A stretch of DNA of 64,000 nt from Ostrea edulis. Taxonomy: Eukaryota. The notes beneath the pieces were generated by a model. The model saw nothing but the letters and a program-made list of their open reading frames with translations, was not told the DNA's origin and made no database searches. A program made the translations under genes and the position numbers. The stretch's first letter is position 1. Each line of letters opens with the position of its first letter. This document shows, piece by piece, positions 29,536-41,565 of this stretch. The stretch lies in contig NC_079167.1 of assembly GCF_947568905.1 (NCBI RefSeq), positions 39,184,001-39,248,000 on the forward strand, in the 5' to 3' direction.

Positions 29536-30210
29536 TTATTCAGCATATATGCCGTAAACCGTACAGGAGCAAAAGACGCTATGGTTCTTGTAATTGTAGG
29601 AGGCGAATGAATCAGTACTAGGATACCACTGACATCTGCTAGACGTTTGAAGACATTGTCCTCGGTTTTCACCAATCACAAGCATGCAGACGATCCTGTA
29701 TCTGTCAAAGTTTAACCGTTTTACGCGCTCTTTGATGTCAGCACTCAAAATTTTCCCCAAACTAGGCGTTTGTTCGCTGTCGTACTTGTAATCTTGCAGT
29801 CTGCGGTTTAGAGTGTCTTTTATGATTTCTTCCACGGATTTCGCCGAAAATTTCATGTCGGGCTCCATCTTGTACGTCGGTTCCTGTCTGAAAGAAACCG
29901 AGGGTAGGTTTAAAGACGACCCCTGTGTGTCCTCCCTCTTTATCTGAGCTTTGGACGACAAGCGTCTAGCGTAACGACCCACAATTCCGTGAATACTAGT
30001 AGATCCACTCGACCCTCTGTTTACTGCAATGCTCTTCTTTCTCTCATGAAAGGGTATCTTCAGCATCGTTTCGGCTGCAACGCTCTTCTTTCTCTCTTGT
30101 ATAGGTATTTTCAACATCGGTTCGGATATACTCACAGAAGGTTTTAATGTTTCCAAGTGTTCGTATGAGTCTCGCGAGGGAGCTGTTAATGTCCTTCTGT
30201 ATTTCGACAT
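29536..30210 (-). CDS. Tctex-1-domain dynein light chain paralog B, 224 aa
   Basis: Intronless ORF; first ATG at 30210 (MSKYRR), since the track start at 30219 is GTG. Contains QEPTYKMEP, RYRIVCMLVIGENRGQ, SRCQW, VYGIYAE*. AATAAA at 29140-29135. Confidence 0.92.
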   Translation of the reverse strand: MSKYRRTLTAPSRDSYEHLETLKPSVSISEPMLKIPIQERKKSVAAETMLKIPFHERKKSIAVNRGSSGSTSIHGIVGRYARRLSSKAQIKREDTQGSSLNLPSVSFRQEPTYKMEPDMKFSAKSVEEIIKDTLNRRLQDYKYDSEQTPSLGKILSADIKERVKRLNFDRYRIVCMLVIGENRGQCLQTSSRCQWYPSTDSFASYNYKNHSVFCSCTVYGIYAE

Positions 30211-31708
30211 ATTCTCCACCGTAGAGTCCTGGATGTATGTTTATCACATAAATGAAAACGACGGGTGTGAAAAGTGTGAATTTTCTTCCTTCCTCCCTTC
30301 TCTGTCCTGCTTTTATGACATGTGATCTTTGACCAGGCGGTACCCTAAACAGCTGTACCCGGCCTAAGTAATGTCACCCAGTTTTATTCTTAGATACCAA
30401 GGTTGGGATTAACCAAATACAGTGGGTTTTAGAATTAAACGGTTAATCCGCAATCTTACATTAATACCCTGCATTGGCCCTCTTTATACTTTTAAAAGTT
30501 TGGGGCTCAATATATGCATAATCAAGATGGCTAATGGCGCGAAATACAGTTACATATGTTATAGAATTGGTTTAAATATGTATTTTGTACTTGGAAATTA
30601 TATTCTTAATTTTGTTTTTTGTCATATTCTATAAATAAAACCATTCAAATTTCCACGAAAGAGTTCTTTCATTTAAAGACGTTTTAAAGCAGTGTTTTCT
30701 TTTTAGATGGTGCTAACTTCAGTTGACCATACCTTCAATTTTAGACGAAAATTTGGTTGAATTTCAAAACCTAATTTCTAACAACAATGTGGATCAATCT
30801 GACAATCTAGACACTGGTACAAAAAAGTGAAACTCGTACTTTAAATGAGATGCACTACCTTGGCACATGATACGTGCGTCAGGATGTGTTCCTTGGAAGA
30901 ATAGAACAAATGATATCTCAGCTACTATTGACACGATCTCTACCAACTACACTGATCTATACCAACTGCACTGATCTATACCTACTGCACTGAACTAACG
31001 AGGAGGTACTACATGAATATCCGAATAATTTACCCCATCATCTCGTGTGTTGGACTTTTGTCACTTGGATTAGTAAGACTGGCGTCTATTGTTGATCCAT
31101 AATCTATCTTGCTGGTCATAATTGAAATTCTGAACTATATAGGTGTAAGAGGACAGGACCCCCCACCGCCACAACCACCTTTCCCGCCCCGAAATGTTCC
31201 TAGCCGGTGATAGTAAGCTTCTTTTATATTACTGATAACATCTATAGTAGGAATGTTAGAATCTGTTCCATATAAAAATTGTGAAAAGAAGTATCAAAAT
31301 CCAATTCAAAATAATTCTTTGACCTGTTCCCACTTTGTGTAAAATCATAAATGTTTGAAGAGAGTTTCCAGTCGGATATTGTCTATACTACAGCATGTAC
31401 GTGTATATATTATTGACAAGATGCTACAGAACTCATACATGTAGTTACTTGTATCCCGTAATGGTTCAATAACGTTTGCTTCTGGACAACTCAATACACT
31501 GTAGCTGCATCCATCTTTAAAAGGCTGTTACCCAGAGGTCAAGTTAGAAGCAAGCTACCAGCAACCTGGTTCTATACTACATGAGGATGCTAGCATATGA
31601 ATTTTACAGATTGTAAATTGGTGCCTAAGACTATCAGTTTCCCTATAAATTCCTTTAAAAAAATACTCCGTACCATAGCCTTGCCCTGACCCAGTTACAA
31701 TTACATAA

Positions 31709-33805
31709 GATAGCTTATGTGTCAGTTTCGCTGTTACTGATAGCCTGTGTGTCAGTTTCGCTGTTACTGATGGCGTCTGTGTCAGTTTCGCTGTTACTGA
31801 TGTTACTGATAGCCTCTGTGTCAGTTTCGTTGTTACTGATATTACTGATATCCTCTGTGTCAGTTTCGCTGTTACTGATGTTACTGATGGCCTCTGTGTC
31901 AGTTTCGCTGTTACTGATAGCTTCTGTGTCAGTTTCACTGTTACTGATATTACTGATAGCCTCTGTGTCAGTTTCGCTGTTACTGATATTACTGATATCC
32001 TCTGTGTCAGTTTCGCTGTTACTGATAGCCTCTGTGTCAGTTTCACTGTTACTGATAGCCTCTGTGTCAGTTTCGATGTTACTGATCGTCTCTGTGTTAG
32101 TTTCGCTGTTACTGATGTTACTGATAGCCTCTGTATTAGTTTCGCTGTTACTGATGGCATCTGTGTTAGTTTCGCTGTTCCTGATATCCTCTGTGTTAGT
32201 TTCGCTGTTACTGATGTTACTGATAGCCTCTGTGTCAGTTTCGCTGTTACTGATGGCCTCTGTGTTAGTTTCGCTGTTACTGATGTTACTGATAGCCTCT
32301 GTGTCAGTTTCGCTGTTACTGATATTACTGATATACTCTGTGTCAGTTTTGCTGTTACTGATAGCTTCTGTGTCAGTTTCGCTGTTACTGATAGCCTCTG
32401 TGTCCGTTTCGCTGTTACTGATAGCCTCTGTGTCAGTTTCGCTGTTACTGATGTTACTGATAGCTTCTGTGTCAGTTTCGCTGTTACTGATAGCCTCTGT
32501 GTCCGTTTCGCTGTTACTGATAGCCTCTGTGTCAGTTTCGCTGTTACTGATAGCTTCTGTGTCAGTTTCACTGTTACTGATATTACTGATAGCCTCTGTG
32601 TCAGTTTCGCTGTTACTGATAGCCTCTGTGTCAGTTTCGCTGTTACTGATGTTACTGATAGCTTCTGTGTCAGTTTCGCTGTTACTGATAGCCTCTGTGT
32701 CAGTTTCGCTGTTACTGATAGCCTCTGTGTCAGTTTCGCTGTTACTGATGTTACTGATAGCTTCTGTGTCAGTTTCACTGTTACTGATATTACTGATAGC
32801 CTCTGTGTCAGTTTCGCTGTTACTGATATTACTGATAGCCTCTGTGTCAGTTTCACTGTTACTGATAGCCTCTGTGTCAGTTTCGCTGTTACTGATGTTA
32901 CTGATCGTCTCTGTGTTAGTTTCGCTGTTACTGATGTTACTGATAGCCTCTGTGTCAGTTTTGCTGTTACTGATGGCATCTGTATTAGTTTCGCTGTTAC
33001 TGATGTTACTGATAGCTTCTGTGTCAGTTTCGCTGTTACTGATAGCCTCTGTGTCAGTTTCGCTGTTACTGATAACTTCTGTGTCAGTTTCGCTGTTACT
33101 GATGTTACTGATAGCCTCTGTGTCAGTTTCGCTGTTATTGATGGCCTCTGTGTCAGTTTCGTTGTTACTGATGTTACTGATAGCCTCTGTGTCAGTTTTG
33201 CTGTTACTGATGTTACTGATAGCTTCTGTGTCAGTTTCGTTGTTACTGATAGCCTCTGTGTCCGTTTCGCTGTTACTGATAGCCTCTGTGTCAGTTTCGC
33301 TGTTACTGATAACTTCTGTGTCAGTTTCGCTGTTACTGATGTTACTGATATCCTCTGTGTCAGTTTCGCTGTTACTGATAGCCTCTGTGTCAGTTTCGCT
33401 GTTACTGATAACTTCTGTGTCAGTTTCGCTGTTACTGATGTTACTGATAGCCTCTGTGTCAGTTTCGCTGTTACTGATGTTACTGATAGCTTATGTGTCA
33501 GTTTCGCTGTTACTGATGGCCTCTGTGTCAGTTTCGCTGTTACTGATAGCCTCTGTGTCAGTTTCGCTGTTACTGATAGCTTCTGTGTCAGTTTTGCTGT
33601 TACTGATAGCCTCTGTGTCAGTTTCGCTGTTACTGATGTTAATGATAGCCTCTGTGTCAGTTTCGCTGTTACTGATAGCTTCTGTGTCAGTTTTGCTGTT
33701 ACTGATAGCCTCTGTGTCAGTTTCACTGTTACTGGTAGCCTCTGTGTCAGTTTCGCTGTTACTGGTAGCCTCTGTGTCAGTTTCGCTGTTACTGATGTTA
33801 CTGTT
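31709..33805. repeat. 30/39-bp minisatellite array (~2.1 kb)
   Basis: Unit GTTACTGATAGCCTCTGTGTCAGTTTCGCT with an optional extra 9-mer (G/A)TTACTGAT. Confidence 0.97.
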
Positions 33806-33814
33806 AAAACGGAT

Positions 33815-34014
33815 CTGGATTTACGCAACAGACAAGTTGTTTTCAAACATTTAACAATAATGCACAAAACTGTCACAAGGAAATCGACACTTATTTGCTT
33901 TTAATCCATTATGTTGAAAATGGATTAAAAGCAAGTAAGTTTTGATTTCCTTGTGACGGTTTTGTGCATTGTTGTTAAATGTTTGAAAACAACTTGTCTA
34001 TTGCGTAAATCCAG
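33815..34014. repeat. 200-bp near-perfect inverted repeat (foldback hairpin, probable MITE)
   Basis: CTGGATTTACGCAACAGACAAGTTGTTTTCAAACATTTAACAA... is the reverse complement of ...TTGTTAAATGTTTGAAAACAACTTGTCTATTGCGTAAATCCAG, and pairing continues to a ~7-nt loop. Confidence 0.9.
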
Positions 34015-34152
34015 GCACATCTGAGTCGAAACGTCGGTCGAAGTATAAACCGTCACCGACTCCGGCATTTACATGTTTTCCAGAATCAAAACATGAATGC
34101 TTGCGAAGAGAAGTCGATGAAGGCTATGCCTCTCTACTTCTCTAAAGAGAAT

Positions 34153-34421
34153 ACGTCAAACCTAAGACGTAAACATAGGTAGTGATTGCGCCTTCGCCAA
34201 ACGCTCAGTATTTAGAAGTGAGAATCACGGGTCTTTCGGATATGAACTTAAAAAAAACGGAGGTTCCGTGTCGCGACAAGCATTGGCATGATAAAGAACC
34301 CTCGCAGCTACGGCCCTGAGCGCTAAGCATAGATTTAAATGAGGTACTTCACCTACAACTGGTGACGTCTTAACATGAGTAAAAAAATTCTCGACGGGAC
34401 GTGAAACAAACAATCAATCAA
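34153..34421 (+). mobile_element. tRNA-derived SINE body and tail (head missing)
   Basis: CGTCAAACCTAAGACGT...AAAGAACCCTCGCAGCTACGGCCCTGAGCGCT...AAAATTCTCGACGGGACGTGAAACAAACAATCAATCAA. Segments are shared with 41100-41319 and 61612-61770; ends in a short-repeat tail. Confidence 0.65.
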
Positions 34422-34512
34422 AGCCTCAAAGTTTCCACGCTATACTTTTTTTTTTACCGTACAATGTGTATGGTAAAAACTAACAGATGCACGACTTCAC
34501 CATACCACCGTT

Positions 34513-34513
<1 letters not shown>

Positions 34514-34548
<35 letters not shown>
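34514..34548. repeat. (CT)n microsatellite
   Basis: CT run. Confidence 0.9.
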
Positions 34549-34554
<6 letters not shown>

Positions 34555-35450
34555 GCTCTGTCGGCATGACGTTTGCTAAATATAGAATGCTTCTTACAAT
34601 CGGAAAGTTGCACATTCCCATCATCCTTTATATCAGACATATATGTCCTATCAGTCCTTTATATATTGGACAAATCAATGCAAACAGAATTTGAGAGTTA
34701 TCTTGATAATGCCAGGAGAGCGACACCGATAATGGCATTTTCCAATCGGTTGTCTCTGTTAATGGTTAATTTAATGAATGTGCTGGTAAATTTTCAAAAA
34801 ACACGAGTTAAAAGTTTAGAGTTGACACTAATCAACCTTTGTATTGCCTTATAAGCTGTTTAAAAGTGCCTTCGTTATTAAAAAATCAACATTTGGGCAT
34901 ATAATATGACACCCGGACTAACCGAGACCTATATCTAAGTAGTAAACTCGGCTGAACTCTAATTAAAACACCTGCAATTTAATCTGGTCCATTACCAAGT
35001 AAAAACAAATAAGAACAGTCTTAAAAACATTTTGTGAAAAACAAAACAGGTCAACATTTTCAAATCGTAAAACGATTTATTAAATATGAATCAATGGTTG
35101 CATGTATAATAGAAGGAGAAAATAAAATGTACAGTGCAGAGTAGGCAAAAAATTAGAATAACCTCATATATAATTAGAAGCAGTAGGTCAAAATATTAAG
35201 ATCTTAATATGATTTAGTCATATTATATGAACAGTTTGTAGTAATAATAGAAGTAAGAGTTATTTATCAAAATATACAATATACTAAATCTATATATGGA
35301 TTGTAATATCATTATGTTGAGATAAAAGACGGTCAACAAATCTTGTTCACCAACGCACGGGAAAGTAAACCAGTTTTTAAAGTCTTGATCTAAAAAAAAA
35401 ATCAAATATCGCCCGTCCAAATGTTTTTACTTTGGAAAACAAACAAAACA

Positions 35451-36095
35451 CTATTCCTTGTACACCGCAAACACGGACACATTGCAAAATAGATGTTTAC
35501 TTTGGAAAGAGTATGAAGTAAAATTGTCGGTCTTTGGATCCCACGCACAGCGACTTGTAGCCAGCACAGTGGCTCCCCGGTTCTCTCCCAACATCACATT
35601 GCATACTATCCTGTACCGATCATAGTGCAGCGCTTTCACTTTCTCTTTGATCTGGTTGCTTATGATTTTGGTAAGGTTTCCGGAATACTTTTTGCTATAA
35701 ATCATGCCTTCTAATTTCTCATCAATGAGTTCTTTCACGATGTCATATACTGTTTTTTCGTTATAGTGCACCTTTGGTTCCATGCGATATGTCGGTTCAT
35801 ATTGTTTTGCTGGAACTGAAACAGTTGACGCCGCTCTCTGCTTCTTTGATAACCGTTTGAAGAACTTTTTGGTCGCCAACATGCCGGAAAGCGAACCGCG
35901 TGGCTGGGGTACCTTTGGTGGCACCCTTTTGGCGGGAACAGTAATACTGTTCCTTGATTTGTCGCTGACCGTGACATTGTCTTTTTCCTTTTTATCATAC
36001 ACGCTGAACTTCCGCTCAGTAATGAGCACTGGTTTGAGATCAGGAGTCTTCTTCTCGATGTCCTGCTCGGCGCTGGCTTTCATTTTGGCGAGCAT
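35451..36095 (-). CDS. Tctex-1-domain dynein light chain paralog C, 214 aa
   Basis: Intronless ORF from the ATG at 36095 (MLAKMKAS); the track start at 36125 is GTG. Contains YEPTYRMEP, RYRIVCNVMLGENRG, SRCAWD, VFAVYKE*. AATAAA at 35081-35076. Confidence 0.93.
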   Translation of the reverse strand: MLAKMKASAEQDIEKKTPDLKPVLITERKFSVYDKKEKDNVTVSDKSRNSITVPAKRVPPKVPQPRGSLSGMLATKKFFKRLSKKQRAASTVSVPAKQYEPTYRMEPKVHYNEKTVYDIVKELIDEKLEGMIYSKKYSGNLTKIISNQIKEKVKALHYDRYRIVCNVMLGENRGATVLATSRCAWDPKTDNFTSYSFQSKHLFCNVSVFAVYKE

Positions 36096-39000
36096 GTTGC
36101 CAGGGGATGGATAGGTAGATCTCACTTTATCTAACAGGGGTGATCTTGTTAAGAGATTTTAATGAGTTTACCTGCAATGGTAGAGAGTCAACGTTATTCA
36201 AACAAAATCCCATGAAAAATTCTTTTAACTTGATATAATGGAGTGTAGCACTTCTGATTTTGTAAAATATTTGTTTATTTCAGTATTGATTCTTCAAATC
36301 AAAGAATGGAATTGAATAGGGAAGGTAAGTATACTGGGATATTTAAATTTACATTATAAAATGTCAGAAATCCATAAAATGGAATATTCTTTATCATAAT
36401 AATCCATTAACTAACTCTTTTATCAAATCAACAAAAGTTAGTCAAGACAGCAAGCGAGAAAATTGTTTAGACAAATTTTAAATCGTTCCACTAAAATCTC
36501 AATGGTTTTTGTTCCGTCATCCTATTAGAAATATGGATGTCAGTCATGAAATTTATTTGATAAGTCTTAGTCATATTTTAGAGGCAGTTCGTTTTAAAAA
36601 ATGGGGTATCTAATTTCTTTATTGTTGATCATCAAATCTAGCCGATATCCTTGAGAGGAAATTTAAAAATCTTCGATAGTGACTTTGTTATTATTAACGC
36701 AATTATCGAATGAATGAGCGGAGGGCCCGTGTTTGTTGTGGGCTGTGCCTAAATTGTTGTCAGATTCGTTGTTAAGAACAGGAGACAGGAGGCATGCTCG
36801 TCATCATGAAAAAAGGGCTTATAGGAGCATGAAATAATTCAAACGATCGCATTCTCTCGGATGATATAACAAAATCTCCAATGCTTTTTTTAAAGAAAAA
36901 AAATTAATTGCATATTAACCTAATAACCCATCTGCTTTTGGATTCCTTACGTCTCTAACGTTTCGGATGATACAAGTGCATTTTGTTTCTCTCCATGATG
37001 TGCGTATTACTACAACGATTTATCTAGAAAAAATCCCGAAGCATGCTGCATTCCCATAAAAGCTATTTTGTCTTTTCCTCGACTTGAATGTAGATCTTAA
37101 TCGTATAAAATTTTGGTCGATTTTGAGGAATTAAAAAAATCCTAATGCTGTGTAGTCAAGGACTAACACAGATTCGAAAGTTCTAATTCTTTTCAAATTA
37201 GATCTTGGTTAAAGTACTTAAGATTGTTTTGAATTTCTAAGTACATTCAAGTGATTCGATTTTCTTTCGTAAGAATAACTAATACGTATTTTCAATAGAA
37301 ACTAATAGCTTACATAATGATTATATGTACATGTATAATAAGATATACATAAAAATCATATGAAAGTTGTTTGTTCAAGTAAGAGATTAGATTAATATAC
37401 AGATATTTAAATATTCATAACTGTAATAAACAACACATATAGCTGGCAAACTTGTAATTTACAAAGCAACAGTTATATAAATAACAATATATTTCACGAA
37501 AACGACGATTTCTATCCCGAAGTCATAGTTTTTTGTACTCACCTTGTGTATATCAAATACAAATTTCCATAGAATTTTGCTTCATTTTTGTGAATAAAAA
37601 CAAATGTTTGTGTGTTTTGTAATCCTCCTGTGGTCCGAATGTCTTTGGCCTGCCCAGTTCCTGACACGCTGCTAATCCAATACCAGTAGAAAATAGGAAT
37701 TGAAAGACCGTTATTGTGGAATTAAAACGGGGACTAAGCTTTCATTCAGCTAAACATAACAATTTCGAATCAATACAATTTTTATCTTCATTATTAGGGA
37801 AGGAAAATATTTGAAGAAAAGATTTTCTTCCTTTTTAAATACCTCATTTATCAAGAAGACAACTTTGCACAAGACCACTTTTCGTTGGTGAAATCTTTGT
37901 TTAAGATGACATGGGTTTTAAACCCCCCAAATGAATTACCTATACAATAATGGCAAGTATTATGTATACCTTTTTCGTTTCGCATTCTAGATTTCTTTCT
38001 TAAGGATTTAAACACAACCAAATATCATATCTAGCAAAGTTGAAGGCGAGCTTTGTATATTAACAAACTTGGAAAATATGAATCCAAGTTAAATATTTTG
38101 ACTGTGCGTGACTTAAACGATTACTAAGTTTGTGTGATACTTTTGATTAGATTAGAATTGAAGGGAACCATATATATATATATATATATAATACACTTAG
38201 TACATGTATACGTATATAATTTTTGAAGTCATTAAATTTCTATTGATGCAATATTTCAAAATGTCAAATAAATGAAAAGTTCTTACTTGCATGCAATTGA
38301 TAAGTTTTAGTTAACCCGCCGAAGAGATATATTTTTCAGAGCGCGTGCCAAGAAGAGATGGTCTGTGATGTCGAGAGATGCTACAATCATTGACACTTTG
38401 TCGTTGCCAATCTGAGGTAAACTACACAACTGATATTTAAATGGCGTTCGGGAAGCGTCAGGGATTGATCAGAGCAGTCCGTATCTTCCCTTTCGGACGA
38501 CTGGTGTTTAAAGAAAAGAGAATTATCAGTAAAGCAATTTTTGCTCGTTTGTTGCTCTGTCGAGAGTGTAAGAAGTTGTTAATCCATTCTTGAGATCTTC
38601 TGTTGACGGACAGACGTTATTTCGGCTTCAGTTTGCTTACTTAAGTAATCTTTTATATTCCTTGCATTTCATCGCAGTTTCAAAATATCAAAAGCAGGTA
38701 GAGAGGATTTAAAGGCTAACAATAATAGCAAGACAAAAGCATTGAGACTTTCATTTTTAGATTCTTTCCCTTGGAAACAGGTACTTTAAAGCTTGTTGGA
38801 GAATAATATTTTCACAACCGCAATTTAAATAAAATTTTATAGTCATGTTGTTAATCGTATTATCATTTTGCAGGTGATTTCAACAACGATTCTCAGTTAT
38901 TGCTGATATAAAAGAAATCATCAATGTTTGGATTCTAGGCCTATATGTTGTATTGACAAAACTTTACCATGCTTTGTATCTTGTTTCATGTAGTAATAAA

Positions 39001-40560
39001 ACGCTTGCCTTATTTCCCATTTACATCAAGTCGTAATTCTACCTTAGCATGTGAAAACATATTAGAAATTGTGAGACATGCACGATGCATTATTAATATC
39101 TTAAAATGAATTATTTCAAAATAAATTATTAAGTTGATTTAAACAAAATCCCTGAAACCCAGCAATAAAATTTAGAGGAAAAATTTCTATTCAACTTTGT
39201 TGTACTAAAAACTTTTAAAAAATGACTGATTGCGACGGATAGTGAAGCAAATTCTACAGATATGTAAATTGCAAATCGATACAGGAAACACACAATTAGA
39301 ATATGTAATGAGAAATTGATTTTTAAGAGATAAATGTTTTTACTGGTAACTCGATACCATAAGGCAGTCATTTTCATTGTTTGCGTTGACAATCCAGGGC
39401 GAGGAAATCATTGATCTGGATAGAAGTGATCCCATAGGTGTTCATGAAAACAATGTACTATTAAAGCTCTCTCATATAGTCAAATCATTGATAAAATGTT
39501 TGTAGTACGCGACCTGAGTTATTGAAAACGGTACAGAAAAAAGTCTAAATTATTACTGATATCCCAGTGACCAATGACTAAATAAAAAGGGTTTTCATTT
39601 CACATAAGAGATTTTCGATACTTTTGTTTTGGTTTACACGTATTCACAATATTAACAACTCTATGTGTTGCTAAATATCGAGACTGGAAATATCCATAAT
39701 TTATCACATTTGTTAAACTAGGCTTTTTCTGTTGAATCAAACCTCTGATGTCCATGAAGGTATACGAAGGTTCCTCTATAAGACATGCCTTAAGATATGT
39801 CTTTATAAGGCATACCTTTTGACTGCTCTAATGTAGACCAAAGTCATCTTAGACGTATTGCCTTTTCTTAAAAAATCTAAAATGAAACCTGTATATCTTT
39901 TAACGTAATTTTGAATTTAAAAATAATGGCTAAATATAATAAAATCAAACAGTATTGTGAATTCAAATATCTTTAAAAATGTATACTTGAATACAAATGC
40001 GTAAGTTATCTACCAGTATTTGACTAGCCATTTACATCGATTATTGATTCTACTCACGCCGATTTAGAATCATTCCTGCGGTGCGTTCATTGCTATCCAA
40101 TGGCTATACGTTTCTTTATATTTCATTTTCAATGTTTCTGTCTTTGATAGCCATTTCCTCATGAACTCTCTGTAGTTGTATACAATGTGCGTATGAATCC
40201 TGATAAATATAGTACGTCTATTCTAATTATGTTCCCCGAAAATTTTTCGGGAGAGCATTGTATTGTATTGTATTGTTTATTGACCAAGAACCATGCATTT
40301 CATAGGTATAAAGTATATACAACAACTTATATAATGAAATAGTAACAGAACATAATATATCATGCTGATGTACATGGACAGGATAGATACTGAGGATAAT
40401 CTTATAATAACTGAGACCTATTAGACGAACATTTATATAGGTATTTACCAAGTTTACATAATTCCGTAATATTTCCAGTTGATAATAGTTGGACACGCTT
40501 AGAGAGCATATAGTCGCCGTAGTGTTTGTCCGACAGACCGAGCTCAAATCTCGTAAACCT

Positions 40561-40872
40561 TTCATCAGAAATTGATCACAAATACTCCTTGGGACAGGGA
40601 CTTTTGAACCAAGGTCATTTTAGAAAGGTCAAGTTCACTCAGAATATAAACCTTACATCAGAAAAATGTTCCTTATTTCAGCAGTTTTTGAACATGTATT
40701 GATCATATATCGAACAAATAAGAAACAGAGAAATGGCTTACAGACAAAGGTTACTGAAGGTCATTTTTAAAGGTCAACGTCACTCAAAATATTCCTTATC
40801 CATGTATAAAAAAAATCTTCATTTCAAAAATACTCATAACAGTTATTGATCATTGTGCTAGTCATTCGTCAT
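40561..40872 (+). repeat. Unclassified dispersed repeat, copy 1
   Basis: Colinear with 53585-53866 (TTCATCAGAAATT.ATCACAAAT, CAGTTTTTGAACA.GTATTGATCATATAT, GATCATTGTGC.AGTCATTCGTCAT). Confidence 0.75.
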
Positions 40873-41099
40873 TTATAGATATGGATTCATTAATTAGTAC
40901 CTCACATAATTCGTAAATTTCGTTCATGGTTCAATTTGATAATTAATGATAAAAGTACCCACGAAATCATTGAAAATAGAGCCCCTAAGAATACAATCAT
41001 AAATCCAAAATATGAATGTCGTTTTCCATCCCATTCGAAAATCATCACTTATCATACAGAAACGTCACAAGTTTTAGATGAAGTGATTATGTATGTTAA

Positions 41100-41319
41100 A
41101 CGTCTCAGGTTTGACGATACACCATGATCGAGAATCGAACCCAGGTCTCCCGAACCTAACCACTAGTCTACCACGACCGGCCGCACACAAGATCCCCCGA
41201 ACCTACCCACTAGTCTACCACGACCGGCCGCACACGAGGTCTCCCGAACCTACCCACTAGTCTACCACGACCGGCCGCACACGAGGTCCCCCGAACCTAA
41301 CCACTTAGTCTACCGCACA
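41100..41319 (-). mobile_element. SINE head with tandemly amplified A-box half (47-bp unit, ~3.7 copies)
   Basis: Minus strand reads ...GTGGTAGACTAGTGGTTAGGTTCGGGAGACCT (repeated), then the B box GGGTTCGATTC, then CGTCAAACCTGAGACGT as in the SINE at 34153. Confidence 0.6.
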
Positions 41320-41407
41320 CAATTGTAGAATATCATAAAACTACGAAGACAATATCACAAACTAGATTAAAAAACACCATGTTACAAAAAATGTCACTGT
41401 TATAATT

Positions 41408-41565
41408 AAGAAATAAGATATCATTTTTGAATGTTGTTGGGATATGACATGAATTTGGTCACGTGATCAAATCCTATAACGCCCGAAGGGCGTTATAGTA
41501 GATTTGATCACGTACCAACTTCATGTCATATCCCAATAACATTAAAAAATGAGATTTTATTTCTT
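41408..41565. repeat. 158-bp palindromic element (probable MITE) with GCCC-GAA-GGGC apex
   Basis: AAGAAATAAGATATCATTTTT...TATAACGCCC GAA GGGCGTTATA...AAAAATGAGATTTTATTTCTT. A partial related sequence lies near 42800. Confidence 0.85.

Noticed and set aside
31555-33876. 773-aa and 711-aa ORFs
   Set aside because: They are repeat-derived, open on both strands, and have no signal peptide or supported splice structure. Kept only as a low-interest finding.
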